Shown here in pieces: positions 26,299 through 38,450 of a stretch of 64,000 nt of DNA. Both the position numbers and the translations under genes were made by a program. Location: NCBI GenBank assembly GCA_977016875.1, contig CDRNST010000002.1, positions 2,170,001-2,234,000 of the forward strand. Reading direction: 5' to 3'. The notes beneath the pieces are model-generated. The model was not told the origin of the DNA. It was given only the letters and a program-made list of their open reading frames with translations, and made no database searches. Position 1 is the stretch's first letter. Each line of letters starts with the position of its first letter. The DNA comes from Pavona decussata (lineage: Eukaryota).

Positions 26299-26729
26299 GT
26301 TAAAAACGAAATACAAAAGAAATAGAAAAATCTGAAACAGAAAAACAGCCAAAAGTGGCGCCACAGCAATAAAATAAAAACTCTCCGTCAAAGACGCGAA
26401 AGAAGTGATTGGTGTAGAAAGGCATGACGTGAAGTTTGAAAGCAAAGACGAAGTTGGTGAAGCAGACGAAGAAGCAGTTGGTGTTGAGAGGAGGCTTGAA
26501 GATGACAAAGGTGGGTTGATGAATTGCGACGGTTGTAAGCAAAGATGTGGTGGTGATGGAAACAAAGAACAGTTGTGGAACTCACGCCATTGTTGATGGT
26601 GTGCAGTTAAAACGTGCTTCCAGGTAGTGTAAACAGAAAAACAAACTTGTTGACAGGGCAGCAAAACAATAATGGCGTGTAGAACAAAAAGGAAATAACC
26701 TAGAGCAAACCAAAATTCTTGGTAGCGTT
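20847..26729. repeat. Tandem array of 6 full units plus 1 partial unit, each 860-910 bp
   Basis: The anchor agtgtca(c/g)cttcac recurs at 20847, 21708, 22592, 23495, 24385, 25293 and 26154. Each unit contains an (AAT)n tract. Confidence 0.97.
20857..21673 (-). pseudogene. Unit-1 copy of an unknown Cys/Phe-rich protein with a single frameshift
   Basis: MNQLIRVF..GICPFYNDTTD..KDTIIF joins HFAPLFHSE..YLEARFNCTPSTMARVPQLFF..KPPLNTNRFF if one T is removed from the T6 run (A6 on the plus strand at 21421-26). Units 3 and 5 have T5 here. Confidence 0.6.
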
Positions 26730-28309
26730 ATCTTGATATTTTTATTTTTAATATGGCAACATTTTGCCTAACTAAATTTTTCCCCTCTCAGTGACATTCA
26801 GGTCTATATGAACTTTTCGAAGTGTTGTTACCTGGCTCACAAAGTACTGAAGTCAATAAAGGGCTACCTACGGAAGGTTTGGTTGGAAAGATTGCTCGAT
26901 CACTCTCTTAACTCAGAAACCAACAACCACCTCTAACTTGGCTCTAATGATTATTATTAACTTACATTGTGATCCAACCCCAATTATAACAAAACGGATA
27001 CTTGACTTGTTCAGTGCGTGTCAATTCTTTTAATTTACTTTATGTCTGTATCATTATTCAAGCAAAAATTCATGCTTAACTACAGAAAATTACACTCTTC
27101 AAAGAAACAATTAATATCTAAATGAATAAAATAAGTTAATTTCGGTTCGATTGCTCAAAATTTTTAGTCAGAGTTCAATTGTTCAGAATTTAATTATTTT
27201 GATTAATATGACTATCCGTTTAATTGTTGCTGTGTTTAAATATTTTTTTAACGTTTTTACCCATCTGTTTTTAAAACTGTTTTATAATTTTAGTCAAACT
27301 GTTTGATTATTTTGCTCATACGTTTAACAGTTTGAGACACCATTTATTATCCGATTGATTCTCGTTTTTTTAAATGTTAAAATTGACATCCGTCAGTATG
27401 TATATAAATATATGAAAATATACGTTTCCCAAATCAGGTTACATATTTTCCCTTCTTTTGCAACATTTTTGTTTCTTACTTACAGCAGTGTAAGAAATTT
27501 TTTCTATAACATTTGTGCTGCATGCAATTTTTTTCTTGTGACAGGCGCTTGCAGGAAAATTTTTTGAAATCCCCCACCTCCACAAGAGTATAAGGGTAGG
27601 CCCCTAAGAGGCTTTATGGCTAATAGACCTTATCACTCAGATGGACGGGAAAAATTACAGACAAATGTATGAGAAATCAAAAGCTCACACCAGGCGAATT
27701 TTACTTTAGAGCAGTTTGGAACCTCAGATTTTCTCTTTAAAATCCCTTGGCTAGTAACTTCAGTTTCCAATTCATAGATTTGTCTTCATTCAAGGCTTTT
27801 AGAAGTTATTTGCCATCAGAGGTCCCATATAAACACTGTTATTTCCAAAGAGTTTGCCTACCCGTCAAGATGGCGTTGGAAATCCTGATAAGGGCTAATG
27901 AGTTTTTACTAGTAAAGAAAGAATTGAAGCGGGGTCTTTTGAAACATTAAAAGTTAAGGTTTTTACAAGTATCTTGCAGTTCTCCAAATTGACGTAGGTC
28001 TTCCCTACAAAATTCTCTTGTATGTTTAATCATCTAGAATAGAAAGTGAAAGTATAAAAGAATGGTGAAACAGGGGTGATGCAATAAAGCGAAAAACAAT
28101 GGATTCACACCAAAACACACAAGAAGGTAAAAGAGGTCAGTCTTCTTTATTCATGCTATCGAAAAGTTGCAAGTTGCTTTTTTTTTAACATTAACCAATC
28201 TTAATATTTTATTTCTGATACAACGTCTCAAATATTATTTTCGTTGGCGATACCTTCCACGTCACCCAAGGCGTTAAAATGTGTAAATTATGTACAGCAC
28301 ACACATTCC

Positions 28310-29660
28310 TCCTAAGTTAGGTTCGGGTGCATGTGCTGACCCCTGCGCAATGGTTTGGGAAGGGAGGGAAATTTGGCAAACATCTCCGAACTAACTCTGG
28401 TTCCGTGCACAGTACTTACGGAACATACAAAACCACTGGTAACTATTTGTGCATCAGCATTTGTACCCACAAACTCACGCAATGTGTTCGTGCAATGTGC
28501 TCTTCTGAAACACGAAAGCAATGTCTGGTGTTGGTGGCAATTATGCATTCAGTTGCCTCAAGAGCTTGCAATCTCGTGTCCTCTCTTAAACGTGCAAGGC
28601 TGCACCCAATCTCCAATTGGTCAGCAAAGGAAAACACTGCTTCCACTGAGCCATCTTCAAATGCGCCATGTTCCTCATCATCATTCTCTTGTAGTGATCG
28701 CTGCATCCTTGGTACACACCTCGGATTCAGGCATTGCATCATCTTCTCCAAACTCTTTGTCAGCTCCACAAGGCACTTTCGTCAAAAAGGTCTTCCTTGA
28801 CTGGATCACTGAACTCAGGAGTAGTACGCCCTTTAAACACTTTAAATGGAACATCTTGAATGGTTTGATGCCAAGTTGTATTAATTTCCATGGCAACAAA
28901 CGATAGAAGATAGGGCCATAGTTTGGCTTGTTCATTTGCAGATTTTTGGCAATAAAGTTATGTTGCTTTTTTGTTGACCCTTTTGTTGAGGTTCTCCACT
29001 TGACGTTAACTTTCTGGGTGGTACGGCGTTCCATGGATGATTTGTACCTCTAAAGATTGACATAGATTCTTGACCGCTTCGTTAATACATTCTGTGCCAT
29101 TATCTGTTTGCAGGTACTTCGCCGGCCCTTTATCATAACAGAAGAAATTATGAAGAATGGAATGCACCTCGCTCGCAGATTTAGTTTTTGTTGGTATCAA
29201 CCAGCAAAACTTTAAGAAGCAGTCTTTGATGACTAAACTATATCTATATTGGCCTCTGTTGTTGGTCATAAAGGACTGTGTGTTTCCAGGGGCCATGTCA
29301 ATAATGTCAGCCTGTATTCTCTCCAATGGCGACTAAGAGCAGATGGGGTGGCAGTTGGGTGGTGGAGGGGATATAGTTGGAAAGGAAGTATGCAGTTGGC
29401 ATGCAGGGCACGATTTCAGAAACTCTTTTCCCAACTGCTTGACGCCCTTGCAATAGAAGCGAAGACAACTGCTTCACTAAGCTATTCAGAACAACAATCT
29501 TACAAACTCCAGATGAGAAAGAATGAATCTCTTGCAGTCGTTCTAACGCTGTATGCTTAGAGAAAAAGGACACTGCTCTGTTGTGTGGAAGGTCACCATA
29601 GAGAGAATACTGTAAATAAAGGATGCTTTGTTCTTTGTGAAGTTCACTGCCTTTCAATCT
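28310..29660 (-). pseudogene. Retroviral-type integrase remnant (Ginger/KRBA2-like, or LTR-derived)
   Basis: ERIQADIIDM, KDCFLKFCWLIP, LQTDNGTE and HGTPYHPES*RQVENLNK give a D,D,E core. No RT or RNase H is visible nearby. Confidence 0.8.
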
Positions 29661-31074
29661 CTCAGAATGGGCAAAAATTTAATGACTTTAAAAAGTGTCT
29701 ACCAGCAGTCTAAACACATTGGTCCCACAAAGGTACCATACTCCTTGCACCCTTAAAAAGAAATACACAATGGCCTTTCAATACATTTTTCATTTTGTTT
29801 TGTTTTTCATAGCCTGCTAAACAGGCTAGGGTTTGGGTTATTATTCATACGTTCTGTACCAGATGTCGAAAGCATGTCATCAAACAACTGATTGTTGGGT
29901 TGGCATCCTGGGGCCATCGCAAAAAGTTAAAAAAAAAAACCCACAATGCCAGCTTGTGTCTGTGCAACAGGACCCCAGTCGGGTGGGTCTTCAAAAATTG
30001 GTCGCATTCACCTTCCAGCTGAATAAAATATAAATTCTAAACGTTAGCCGGGGGTGTTGCAACCTTTGAATGAAGATGCAGCCTAGTTGCCACCATTTAG
30101 AATGGGATTAAATATGGCCAAGCTGGGGCGTGTTGTATGAAGTGCTGACTTTTTAGCCTTATGAGTGTTAAAATGGGCAGTTATGGACAGATAGAACTGC
30201 CTAACAACAAGGACAATTATCCATTTTTCTTACTTTTGATTTTTGTATCCAGCGTGGCAAGTGAGTTTTACTTTGATCCATGCCGTTGATAATTGGCGAC
30301 AGATACTGGTTGGGATGCTGTTTTGCCTTGTTTTGGTGTTTATAATACTTCTTTGCGCTCACGGCTGCAGAAAAAAGAAGAGCAAGACATTGTTGACTTG
30401 TTTATATGACATTACTTGCAGCATCACATGGCAGAGGAACGAGAAAGAAAAAAAAAGTGATTCTGATATGATTCACTAAAATGTAACTGAGATAAAAAGA
30501 TGACGCTTACGCTTGTTCCATGTGAAGCAGTTTTCGTTGAGTCCAAGTCATTCTTTTCTCTTTGTTTTGCGTGGCTGTTATATGCTCATTTTCAAGGAGA
30601 CAAACTCCACATTTTGTGAAACGGTTCCTCTGTTTTGTAAGAAGGAAATTAAAGTGTCAAAAGGAAAATTGAAACGTATCCATAAATGTATGGTTGCTGT
30701 TTACTGTCAACACAAGCTGTAATTAATTATTTTACAAACATCTTGTTACAAACTTTAAGGAAACTGCGTGAACAAAGCACTTGGTACATTGTAAGGAAAT
30801 AGATGAGAGAAAATATGTGATTGGGATGGTGGGGTGAGGCTTAAAGGCAAAAGAGGGCTTATCGGGGAAGGGGAGTAAATTGAGGAAATATAACAGCTAT
30901 CTATTTCAACGTCTAAATTATTACATCAGTGTAAAACTGACATAATAGTAATTATTATTGTTATTATGTTATACCATAAAAAAAGCCTTCACCATTCATG
31001 CATTTAATTCCCTTCGGATTGCAGAAAACTGAAACAAAAGTTCCTTTTTTTAGAATGTTGTACTTATTGTTAAC

Positions 31075-31940
31075 CTTTGGTATAATGATTTCAGGAAAAC
31101 TGCATTTCCACATTCGCCGAAACTGTGTTATTTGTAGAGGTTTATTGCATGCCGTTTCACATGTCTTTCGATACATCTCATACACCAATTGAATGGTCAA
31201 GCAAGCTGGCAGCTCCTTTCAATTTACGTCTGGCATCACATTTGGCAAGGAGCTCACCAGCTCACCAAACCATAGCTCCGCCTCCATGGACTTCTTAGCA
31301 TAAAGAAACCTTCCTTTTTGCGTGTGAACCGTACAAGTTAAACCCCATATGGTATTTGCCTCCTTCCAGCCGTGAAATCGGAGAAGGAACCAATCAAATA
31401 TATTTGTTCATGTGTTGGTGGTTTTCTAACTAGTCAAATGTTATAAAATAATAAAAATAAAGCTCATCCTTTCGCTCCTTAGTCTTGTTCGAAAATCACA
31501 AAGGAAAACTTATTGAAAGTATGAAATTAAACACTAGCACCTGAATCTCAGCCACGGATGTCACAGTTTAACCTGACACCACATGGAAAAAATAATGAGA
31601 CTGGAAGACTGGAAAAGTTTAAAGTGAAGATGTTAAAAGCTTTGCAGCTATTTCTGAGGAGCTAACTGCATTCTTGTAATTTTTGTACCTTCCATATGAC
31701 AATCCACGGCTGAAGATCCACGCCTTTTGGCACACCTCCTTTTCCTTGTTCACAGTGTATTCGAATTGCTTTTCCATTTTTTGTCTTCTGGGCGAAGGAA
31801 GAAAAAGTGAAGCAACCATTGCCTTTGTTCCTCTCTGTCCTTCTTCCAGAATAGGGACCTGTCCTCCATCACGTCTTCCAGAGTTAAGATCTCCTCCATA
31901 CAATTTTTTTTGCATTCTTATCTTTTTTATATTTGCCAAT
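31075..31940 (-). pseudogene. Sola-like transposase N-terminal exons (remnant)
   Basis: EVCQKAWIFSRGLSYGRY, VMPD..LPACLTIQLVYEMY and FRRMWKCSFPEIIIPK, the last followed by a GT donor. Confidence 0.45.
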
Positions 31941-32659
31941 GACAGGATTTTCCTTTTCCTGGAAACTTCATTTTTCGATCCGATTTGTGAAACTTAGCAC
32001 TGGATTCAGGAGAGTGGACGATTTCCTGTATGTTCATAAAAGTACTAGTAACAATTAGGGTTGATTGAAAGTGTCTCCTTAATCGAAACCATTTTTTTTT
32101 TCGAAACTATTATCCAAGGTTTCTGATTGTGTTTGAACTCCATAAGATGCCAGTTACTTTTGATGTTTAATATATATCGATGAGATGTGATGAACTAATA
32201 AACTATGTGATTGGGTTGATGTTTGGCTAAACAATCCATCACAGAGACACAGAAAGTCATGTAATAATATAATTCAGCATGTTGTTATCAAGATGGCTTT
32301 AAATCAAGTGAAAACGTTGGAACTATAAAAATAACTGCTGTAGAAAGAAATTACACAAACACAGTCCTTGCTAACAAACGTTTTCAACCTGAAATGCACT
32401 CCCACACCCATCAACCCCAATGTGACACCTTGTTTGTTTTGGAAAAAAAAAGTAATGCATTTAACTAAAACTACTTTGAACGTTAGTGCAATAACTTACA
32501 TGTCACACAATCAATCATGCTGTACATGGGAAACTCAAGCTGCCCTGTTTTCAGCCATTCCAAATACAATGTTAATTTTTACTTCACCTAATATGTACTT
32601 GCAAATTCCACTCATTTCATCAATTATCAGAGAAAAAAGGATATGGACTGGAGGCAAGT

Positions 32660-33058
32660 CTATTCATCTGCATACTGAAAACCTGCAAAGACCATTTTGT
32701 CTTCTGACCTTTCTGGCTCTTGGAAATGTGCTCTGATGCAGTTTACTGCACAAGAAGGCAAAGGAACTCTGAATTCCTTTCCAAGAGCTCCCCAGCACCA
32801 CCTAACTAACTCCCTGACTAACTGCCTGTAGGCTACGTGCCTACTCTTTTTGTGGGCAGGTCCCTCATAGGCCGAGGTGTCGTATTGTGGCTGCAATACT
32901 GACTAATAAAGGCAGACTGCATGGAACCCGGGGTGATGAACTATGTACTGTGGGGGCTCTTCTAGCTGCCCTACCTCAAGAGCCTCTAAGTTTTGACGTA
33001 AATCAGCATTGATTTTTCTTCTCTCCACATCTGCTGGCAGTTCCCACAGAGGCACCTT
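32660..33058 (-). pseudogene. KolX / P2X7 C-terminal-like Cys-rich domain (Kolobok accessory gene)
   Basis: CLCGNCQQM, HPGFHAVCL and RHVAYRQLVR..WCWGALGKEFRVPLPSCAVNCIRAHF. Confidence 0.75.
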
Positions 33059-34282
33059 GTAAACAATGATAATCACTATCTAAAAAATTATGAAGCGCTA
33101 GTGAGTACTATTTCCCTAGCTTTAGACTGGGTTCCTACCCAACCTTCACCAAAAAGCGGAAAAAAAAGGACAACTCAGACTTCATCACCAGGGTAAATTT
33201 TCAGTTATGCGCTTATTTGGCATGCTTAACAAAGGAAGCCATCACATTACAGGCTAGTTAGTACATAAGGACCTTTTGAAGAAGCGAACCTAATTTAAAA
33301 GATACATCCTTTTATTCCAGCTTGCCAATGACGGTCAGGTTAGCAGAACACAACCAGTTAAAAAAGTTAGCACAATAGCAGGGAAATACTTTGATGAAAG
33401 CGTGTTGTGAAAGACAAGGAAATTAAATTATGCAATTTGTGAAGCCGAACAGAAATGTGGGTGACCACTGTACAAGAACTCATGTATTGCTTACATGGTA
33501 CGAAATACAATCAAGTCAATTTCATTTGCCTCTCTACAGAATTAATTGAGATCTTATAAACTTTTCCTTGCTGAGGGGGTAAGAATTCGCCAATGTGATA
33601 ATACTCCCCTTCATATTCAACATAATTAGGGGGGACTGTCTGCTTAGTCATGAACGAATGGCCTTCCTTGTATTGGATCCTTCGAAGCCGCTTTTCAGGT
33701 GGCTCGCCACTTTGATGCCTTTCGTTGTAGAGAATAGTTGAGGCGGATGTTGTTGCACTTACTTGGTCGCTAAATATATCCTTCACCCTATCATGCGCTC
33801 TACATACAAGTGCATAGCTCTTCTTTTCAACGTCAGATAAGAATTTCAGTCCAAGACATGACTCATAAAACTATTTGTCACACCCACGATCCTCGTTCTC
33901 TGGCCTGTCTCTTTACTCCCGATGAGCTTGTGAGGAGACGTAGGGCAATATGGGCACTTTGTGCATTTCAAGCAGGACTGTATGTCTCTCCTTATCTGGT
34001 CAAAAAATGGAGATAGTTTCAATGCTTAAAGGGACTGGGGCCGAGATTAATACCATGGCGAAAAATGGGTGTCATTTTGTTTCTTACCTGGGGTACATTA
34101 TTGGTGCCAAAATTGGAGTAGTATCACTACAATATTATCTGAGATATTCTTGATTTTGTGATTTATCCTTGTACTGAAACTATTTGTGATGTCATCAATT
34201 TTTGAACAAAAACTTGAATATCTCTAACGAGAAGATATTCAAAAAAGTACATGCCATTCTTGTTCTCTTTGAAAGGCCTTTC

Positions 34283-34690
34283 AATCAATCAATCTTTATT
34301 CCTCCTAAGATAAAAAGACATATCTTAAGTTACATTTGTTAGAAGTAAACATACAGTATGTAGATAATAGAAAGATTTAAAATTATATCTAAAAATAGGC
34401 CTATTTACAAAAGCATTTTTTAATCTATCAGTCTTAATCTCTGGGCAATGTGCGGTTTTATTTCTAAGTTGATACTTAGTTTCTTTCTTCTTCGGGATAA
34501 TTTGACTAAGCGGGCAATTGGGATCCACTGAACGAACCTTGAAAAGTTTCTTATCTGCCTTTACTAAAAGTTCTCGAATATCCATTCTTTTAGATATATA
34601 TTTCCCTTTGAGGCATCTATCCAGGACGTTTTATATGACCATAAGATCTGAGTCTACAGCGCCATAAACAGACAGACCGTAAGTGAAATG
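34283..34690 (-). mobile_element. 5'-truncated L2/CR1-clade LINE 3' end
   Basis: ORF2 C-terminus (YGLSVYGA..; PLSQIIPKKKETKYQLRNK..KTDRLKNAFVNR), then aataaa and a (GATT)n tail. Confidence 0.75.
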
Positions 34691-36184
34691 ATTTCTTTAC
34701 ATTTCTACGGATAATGAGAGTGGAGTCGTCCTTACAAATAAGCGCGTTATTTTTTACTTCATAAGCACTTTACAGTGGAGTGCACCATGGACAACGCTGT
34801 TTGGGCCATCATGTTACGTACATCACGCAACACAAATGCACAAATGAACTAAACCTTGTCTCCCAGGGTGTCTAGAAATAGACCCTGGGAGCAAGGTTGG
34901 TAACTGAAAACTGCTTGTACTTGCACGGAAAACATGAAAATACAGATTTCAAAGTAACCGTTCATGCCAAAATGGGGCTTGTGAAAATTTCATGGTGGAG
35001 TATATTTCATACCTCGAAAAAGCCATCCTTGATTTTACACTGTGAAATTGATTCACGCTGTGGACTAGGCTCACCCCATGAAACATCTGTAAGTATCAAC
35101 AAGCTAACAACAATCCTGGTTATAAAAACTTTAAGAGCTTTAAGAGCAAGAATTAAACAGTTTAACATTGAAGTTTAACTTGTGTGCCAGAACGTATAAG
35201 AAATTGTCTCATAAGTAGCAAATAGTCACCCTCTTTCTGGAAGATATATCCGCGTGTGCAAATGATGCTGAGTATGTTATCGCCATTTTAATTTAATTCA
35301 TACATTGTTCACAACATTTTCCTCTCTGTGGATTGACTTCTGTGCATGGTCAAAAACGAACAAAAAGCGTTCATTGATGTTTGGCCATGTAATTTCGCTC
35401 TGAGGACATCACTATCTCTGTATTCAATATGAATATTACTGCATTTGGAAGTACTCTTTGAGAATTTACGAGTGCTTGCAGGATATATATTTCTAAACAT
35501 TTCATGCAAGGTGAAACCAAATCATTGAATACAGGTAAATTTTCTTTCACTTCTAGCTGTTTTACAGAGAAATTGAACTTCTCATCTCACAATTCTCTTA
35601 AAACTGAAGAGTCCTCACATTTTGCTTGGTGATTTATTTTTAATAAATTATTTTCCTATCAATTTGATGGTGTGATAAATATTCACTCCTATGAACTACA
35701 TCAAGTCGCTTGGCTGTTCACCATCTGAAGTACTTGGAAGTAATGAGATAGCCCTAAACCACTCTGCTGCAAGTACATCACTCTCCAATGGAAGCTACTA
35801 TTATAAGCAATAGAACAGAAATGAAGTTGCTGAGTAATTCTTAGAATTCTGAAGCTCTCACCATGGATGTCTTAAAGGTAACAAGGATTAAATTTTGGTC
35901 AAGGAAATTGATTTGTTTTCAATTTTATTTATCCTTGACAATGGTTTGTTCCATTAAATTTCGAGTCAATTTTAACTTGAAAACAGTCGAAATAATTTCA
36001 AAGAAAATATAGGGGAGAAAGTTGGTCCTAAATTTAAATTTTCCTTTTACTATGTTTGCAGGGTACATTGTTTTACACAATTTTAAAACTTATCTATGGT
36101 CCCTAAAATATTTTAAATGCTTGTTGCATCAATTCAAAATAAATCTGCAAGAAATTTAATAATAAATTGGTAGTAGCTTCCTCA

Positions 36185-36500
36185 CGTGTCATGAGTTCTT
36201 ACTTTTGTGTTTTGGATCATGGTCCTGTTGAAACCAATATCCATCTGGGAGAATCTGGTAAAGAAAGGAGAAAAGGGCACCACTACGAATGCTCTCAACA
36301 TAAAAATCAGACTTCATTATGCCAGTGAAGATGACAATCCGCATCACACTACACTTCGATATGCCAGCCCACAAATGCATCTTGCATGGATGCTTAACTC
36401 TTGGCCTTTATTTTGCTGGCATTCCCTCCTTTCTGAAGCAAATTCGTGCATGACATTCAATCCAAATACTGGATTGATCGGTGAGGATAGATTCTTACAT
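36185..36500 (-). pseudogene. Tc1-like transposase catalytic-domain fragment
   Basis: FTDQSSI, HLWAGISK, IFTGIM and FQQDHDPKHKSK. Confidence 0.78.
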
Positions 36501-36694
36501 AGAATATCACTGATCTATAGTGATTAGCCCTAAGCGCTGATTTAAAATGGTTCGCTTTTTGTTTAGGTTTGGTGATCGACCTTTTCCATTCACTTTTTTA
36601 AATTATTTTTAGAGAGAAATTATATAGGCTTACTACAGGGTGTAGAATAAGCACATGAATTATATTGTTTAAAAATTGAGTTTTGTTCAACCAG

Positions 36695-36766
36695 CGACAT
36701 GGTGGTCTAGTGGTTAGAAGAGAGGGTTAGAAAGCGAACATTCATAGGTTCGAGTCCTGTCGAACA
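36695..36766 (+). other. tRNA-derived Pol III head (SINE head or pseudo-tRNA)
   Basis: A box tggtctagtgg (36703-13) and B box ggttcgagtcc (36747-57) at tRNA spacing. The acceptor and anticodon stems do not pair. Confidence 0.6.
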
Positions 36767-37164
36767 CTGATAATTGTCCTTTTACAAGAAAAATGCTGAC
36801 TTCCCAGAATTCCTTTCAGACGATTAGTGTTCTAAATTAGCAAAAATCATAAATTGAGAACAACTTGACAATTAGCAATAGTAAATTCAGAGGGGATACC
36901 ACGTTGAACTGACAAAATGGAGAGAATGTGGCAAATTTTTACAAGACGACTGCTTGCCAATCCTACTACTCTTTGTATCGGTTCCCGAAAGAAACGCATG
37001 GATCATGAATCCTAGGAAATCCGGATTTAGATTTGATCTAATGTATGCACTCGGAGGGTGAATTCTTTAGATTATTAATGCATTTTCGGATTTTAGAAAA
37101 GAAACAAAATCCGTTGTTGGATTCAAGAATCTGGATTTGGATTTTCCCAGAGAAACGCACCCTA

Positions 37165-37596
37165 AGTCGGTGCTGGTTACTTGAAACGGCTGGACCTGTA
37201 CGAAAACCTCCATTTTTTCCGACATTTTGTCTGATTCATTCATTACCGTTCCATCACTGTTCTCGTCAGAAGTATTTGAGGACAGATACGTATCGCTGTC
37301 TGACATTTTTTAAGCCTGAGGAGTTTCTGTCAAGGTTTAAACCACTGCTATCTTCTCAACAATCACAAGGAACAAGTGAGAAATATGATAGTAAACAAAT
37401 CGCTACCACAGTGTCATACGTCATCACCAGCTTAAGTCGTTCCCAGTCTCTGAAACCATTTGGAAGTGAAATTGACAGCACTTCCGAGGGGAAAAAACCC
37501 GGTGTTCAGGTTTTTTTGGCTTTTTTTTTTCTCTCGATTCGGCTTGCACACATCACAACCTAACAAGGCCAAAAACGCATTCGTTTCATATGCACT
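37165..37596 (-). mobile_element. Possible Kolobok terminus with an acidic KolX-like first exon
   Basis: Ends ...atatgcact followed by TTAA (37597-600). The ORF MSDSDTYLSS..VQPFQ resembles KolX N-termini. Confidence 0.35.
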
Positions 37597-37619
37597 TTAA
37601 TCAGCTCTTAGCAATGAAA

Positions 37620-38450
37620 TTTCCGGCACAATGAATCCTAGGTCATTTAATGCCTTTGGTCCCTTTGCTGTGAAGTAATCTCGTCCTTGAAGGGACTTTC
37701 GAACAGATGCGCTGCATTCAGTGAAAATTCGAAGCATTGCTACGACTGAGTGGCTTGAAATTGAACTCTGCGCAATACTGAGTGTACTGCATTATTATCT
37801 ATTCCGGAATCATTGTACAGATTATGTTTGGTATGGTGATGATTTGGCCAGATGAGAGCTGTAAATGTTTTTGGCCAAATGGCAAATCTTGCACCAGGTG
37901 AGGGCTGGTGATAAAACCAAGGAAGTGATCCAACTGCTGGAGATCTATTCTAATCCTTGGTGCTTTCTCAGATGGCACTGGAAGACAGCGTCAAGCCAGG
38001 GATAGACTCACAAATAGCACTGAAACGGGGCACGCCAGCCATGACAGATAACACCTGTTGCCGCGTCCCAACTGGTTGAGTTCTTCTGCGCCTCTGCTAG
38101 TGCTTCTAAGTACGCCTTGTCAGATTGAAGATACGCCTGACAAGCACCCAGCTACTGGTTTACGTTGGATGACTGTAGCACTTTCCACAGGTGTGGGGCA
38201 TTGAGAGGCGAAATGGCCTTTATAACGGTCAACACAATTTGACTTGTTCTCTAAGCACATCGCTGTCTAGTTTGTTTGCTGGCGTTATCCCAGTCAAGCC
38301 AATGCCTCCCAAGTGGCTGAATCTGGCACTGGTTCAGGGAAATGTTAAGGTTTCACACAGTCTGGGAAAAACCACTGCAGCTCCCTTTCCACCCCTAGAG
38401 AAGATACAGTGCTGCCTGTCTCAGGGGAGAAAACATAGCTGTCATAAGCC
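37620..38450 (-). pseudogene. DNA transposase remnant, probably Sola3-like
   Basis: Manual translation: RIDLQQLDHFLGFITSPHLVQDLPFGQKHLQLSSGQIITIPNII..QYTQYC..FKPLSRS / MLRIFTECSASVRKSLQG. Confidence 0.6.

Noticed and set aside
32660-32896. P2X7 receptor gene
   Set aside because: Only the Cys-rich domain shared with Kolobok KolX is present, with no channel domain.
33511-34000. Kolobok transposase C-terminus or PHD finger
   Set aside because: The motifs are ambiguous and neither reading is convincing.
36695-36766. Functional tRNA gene
   Set aside because: The cloverleaf stems cannot be formed.
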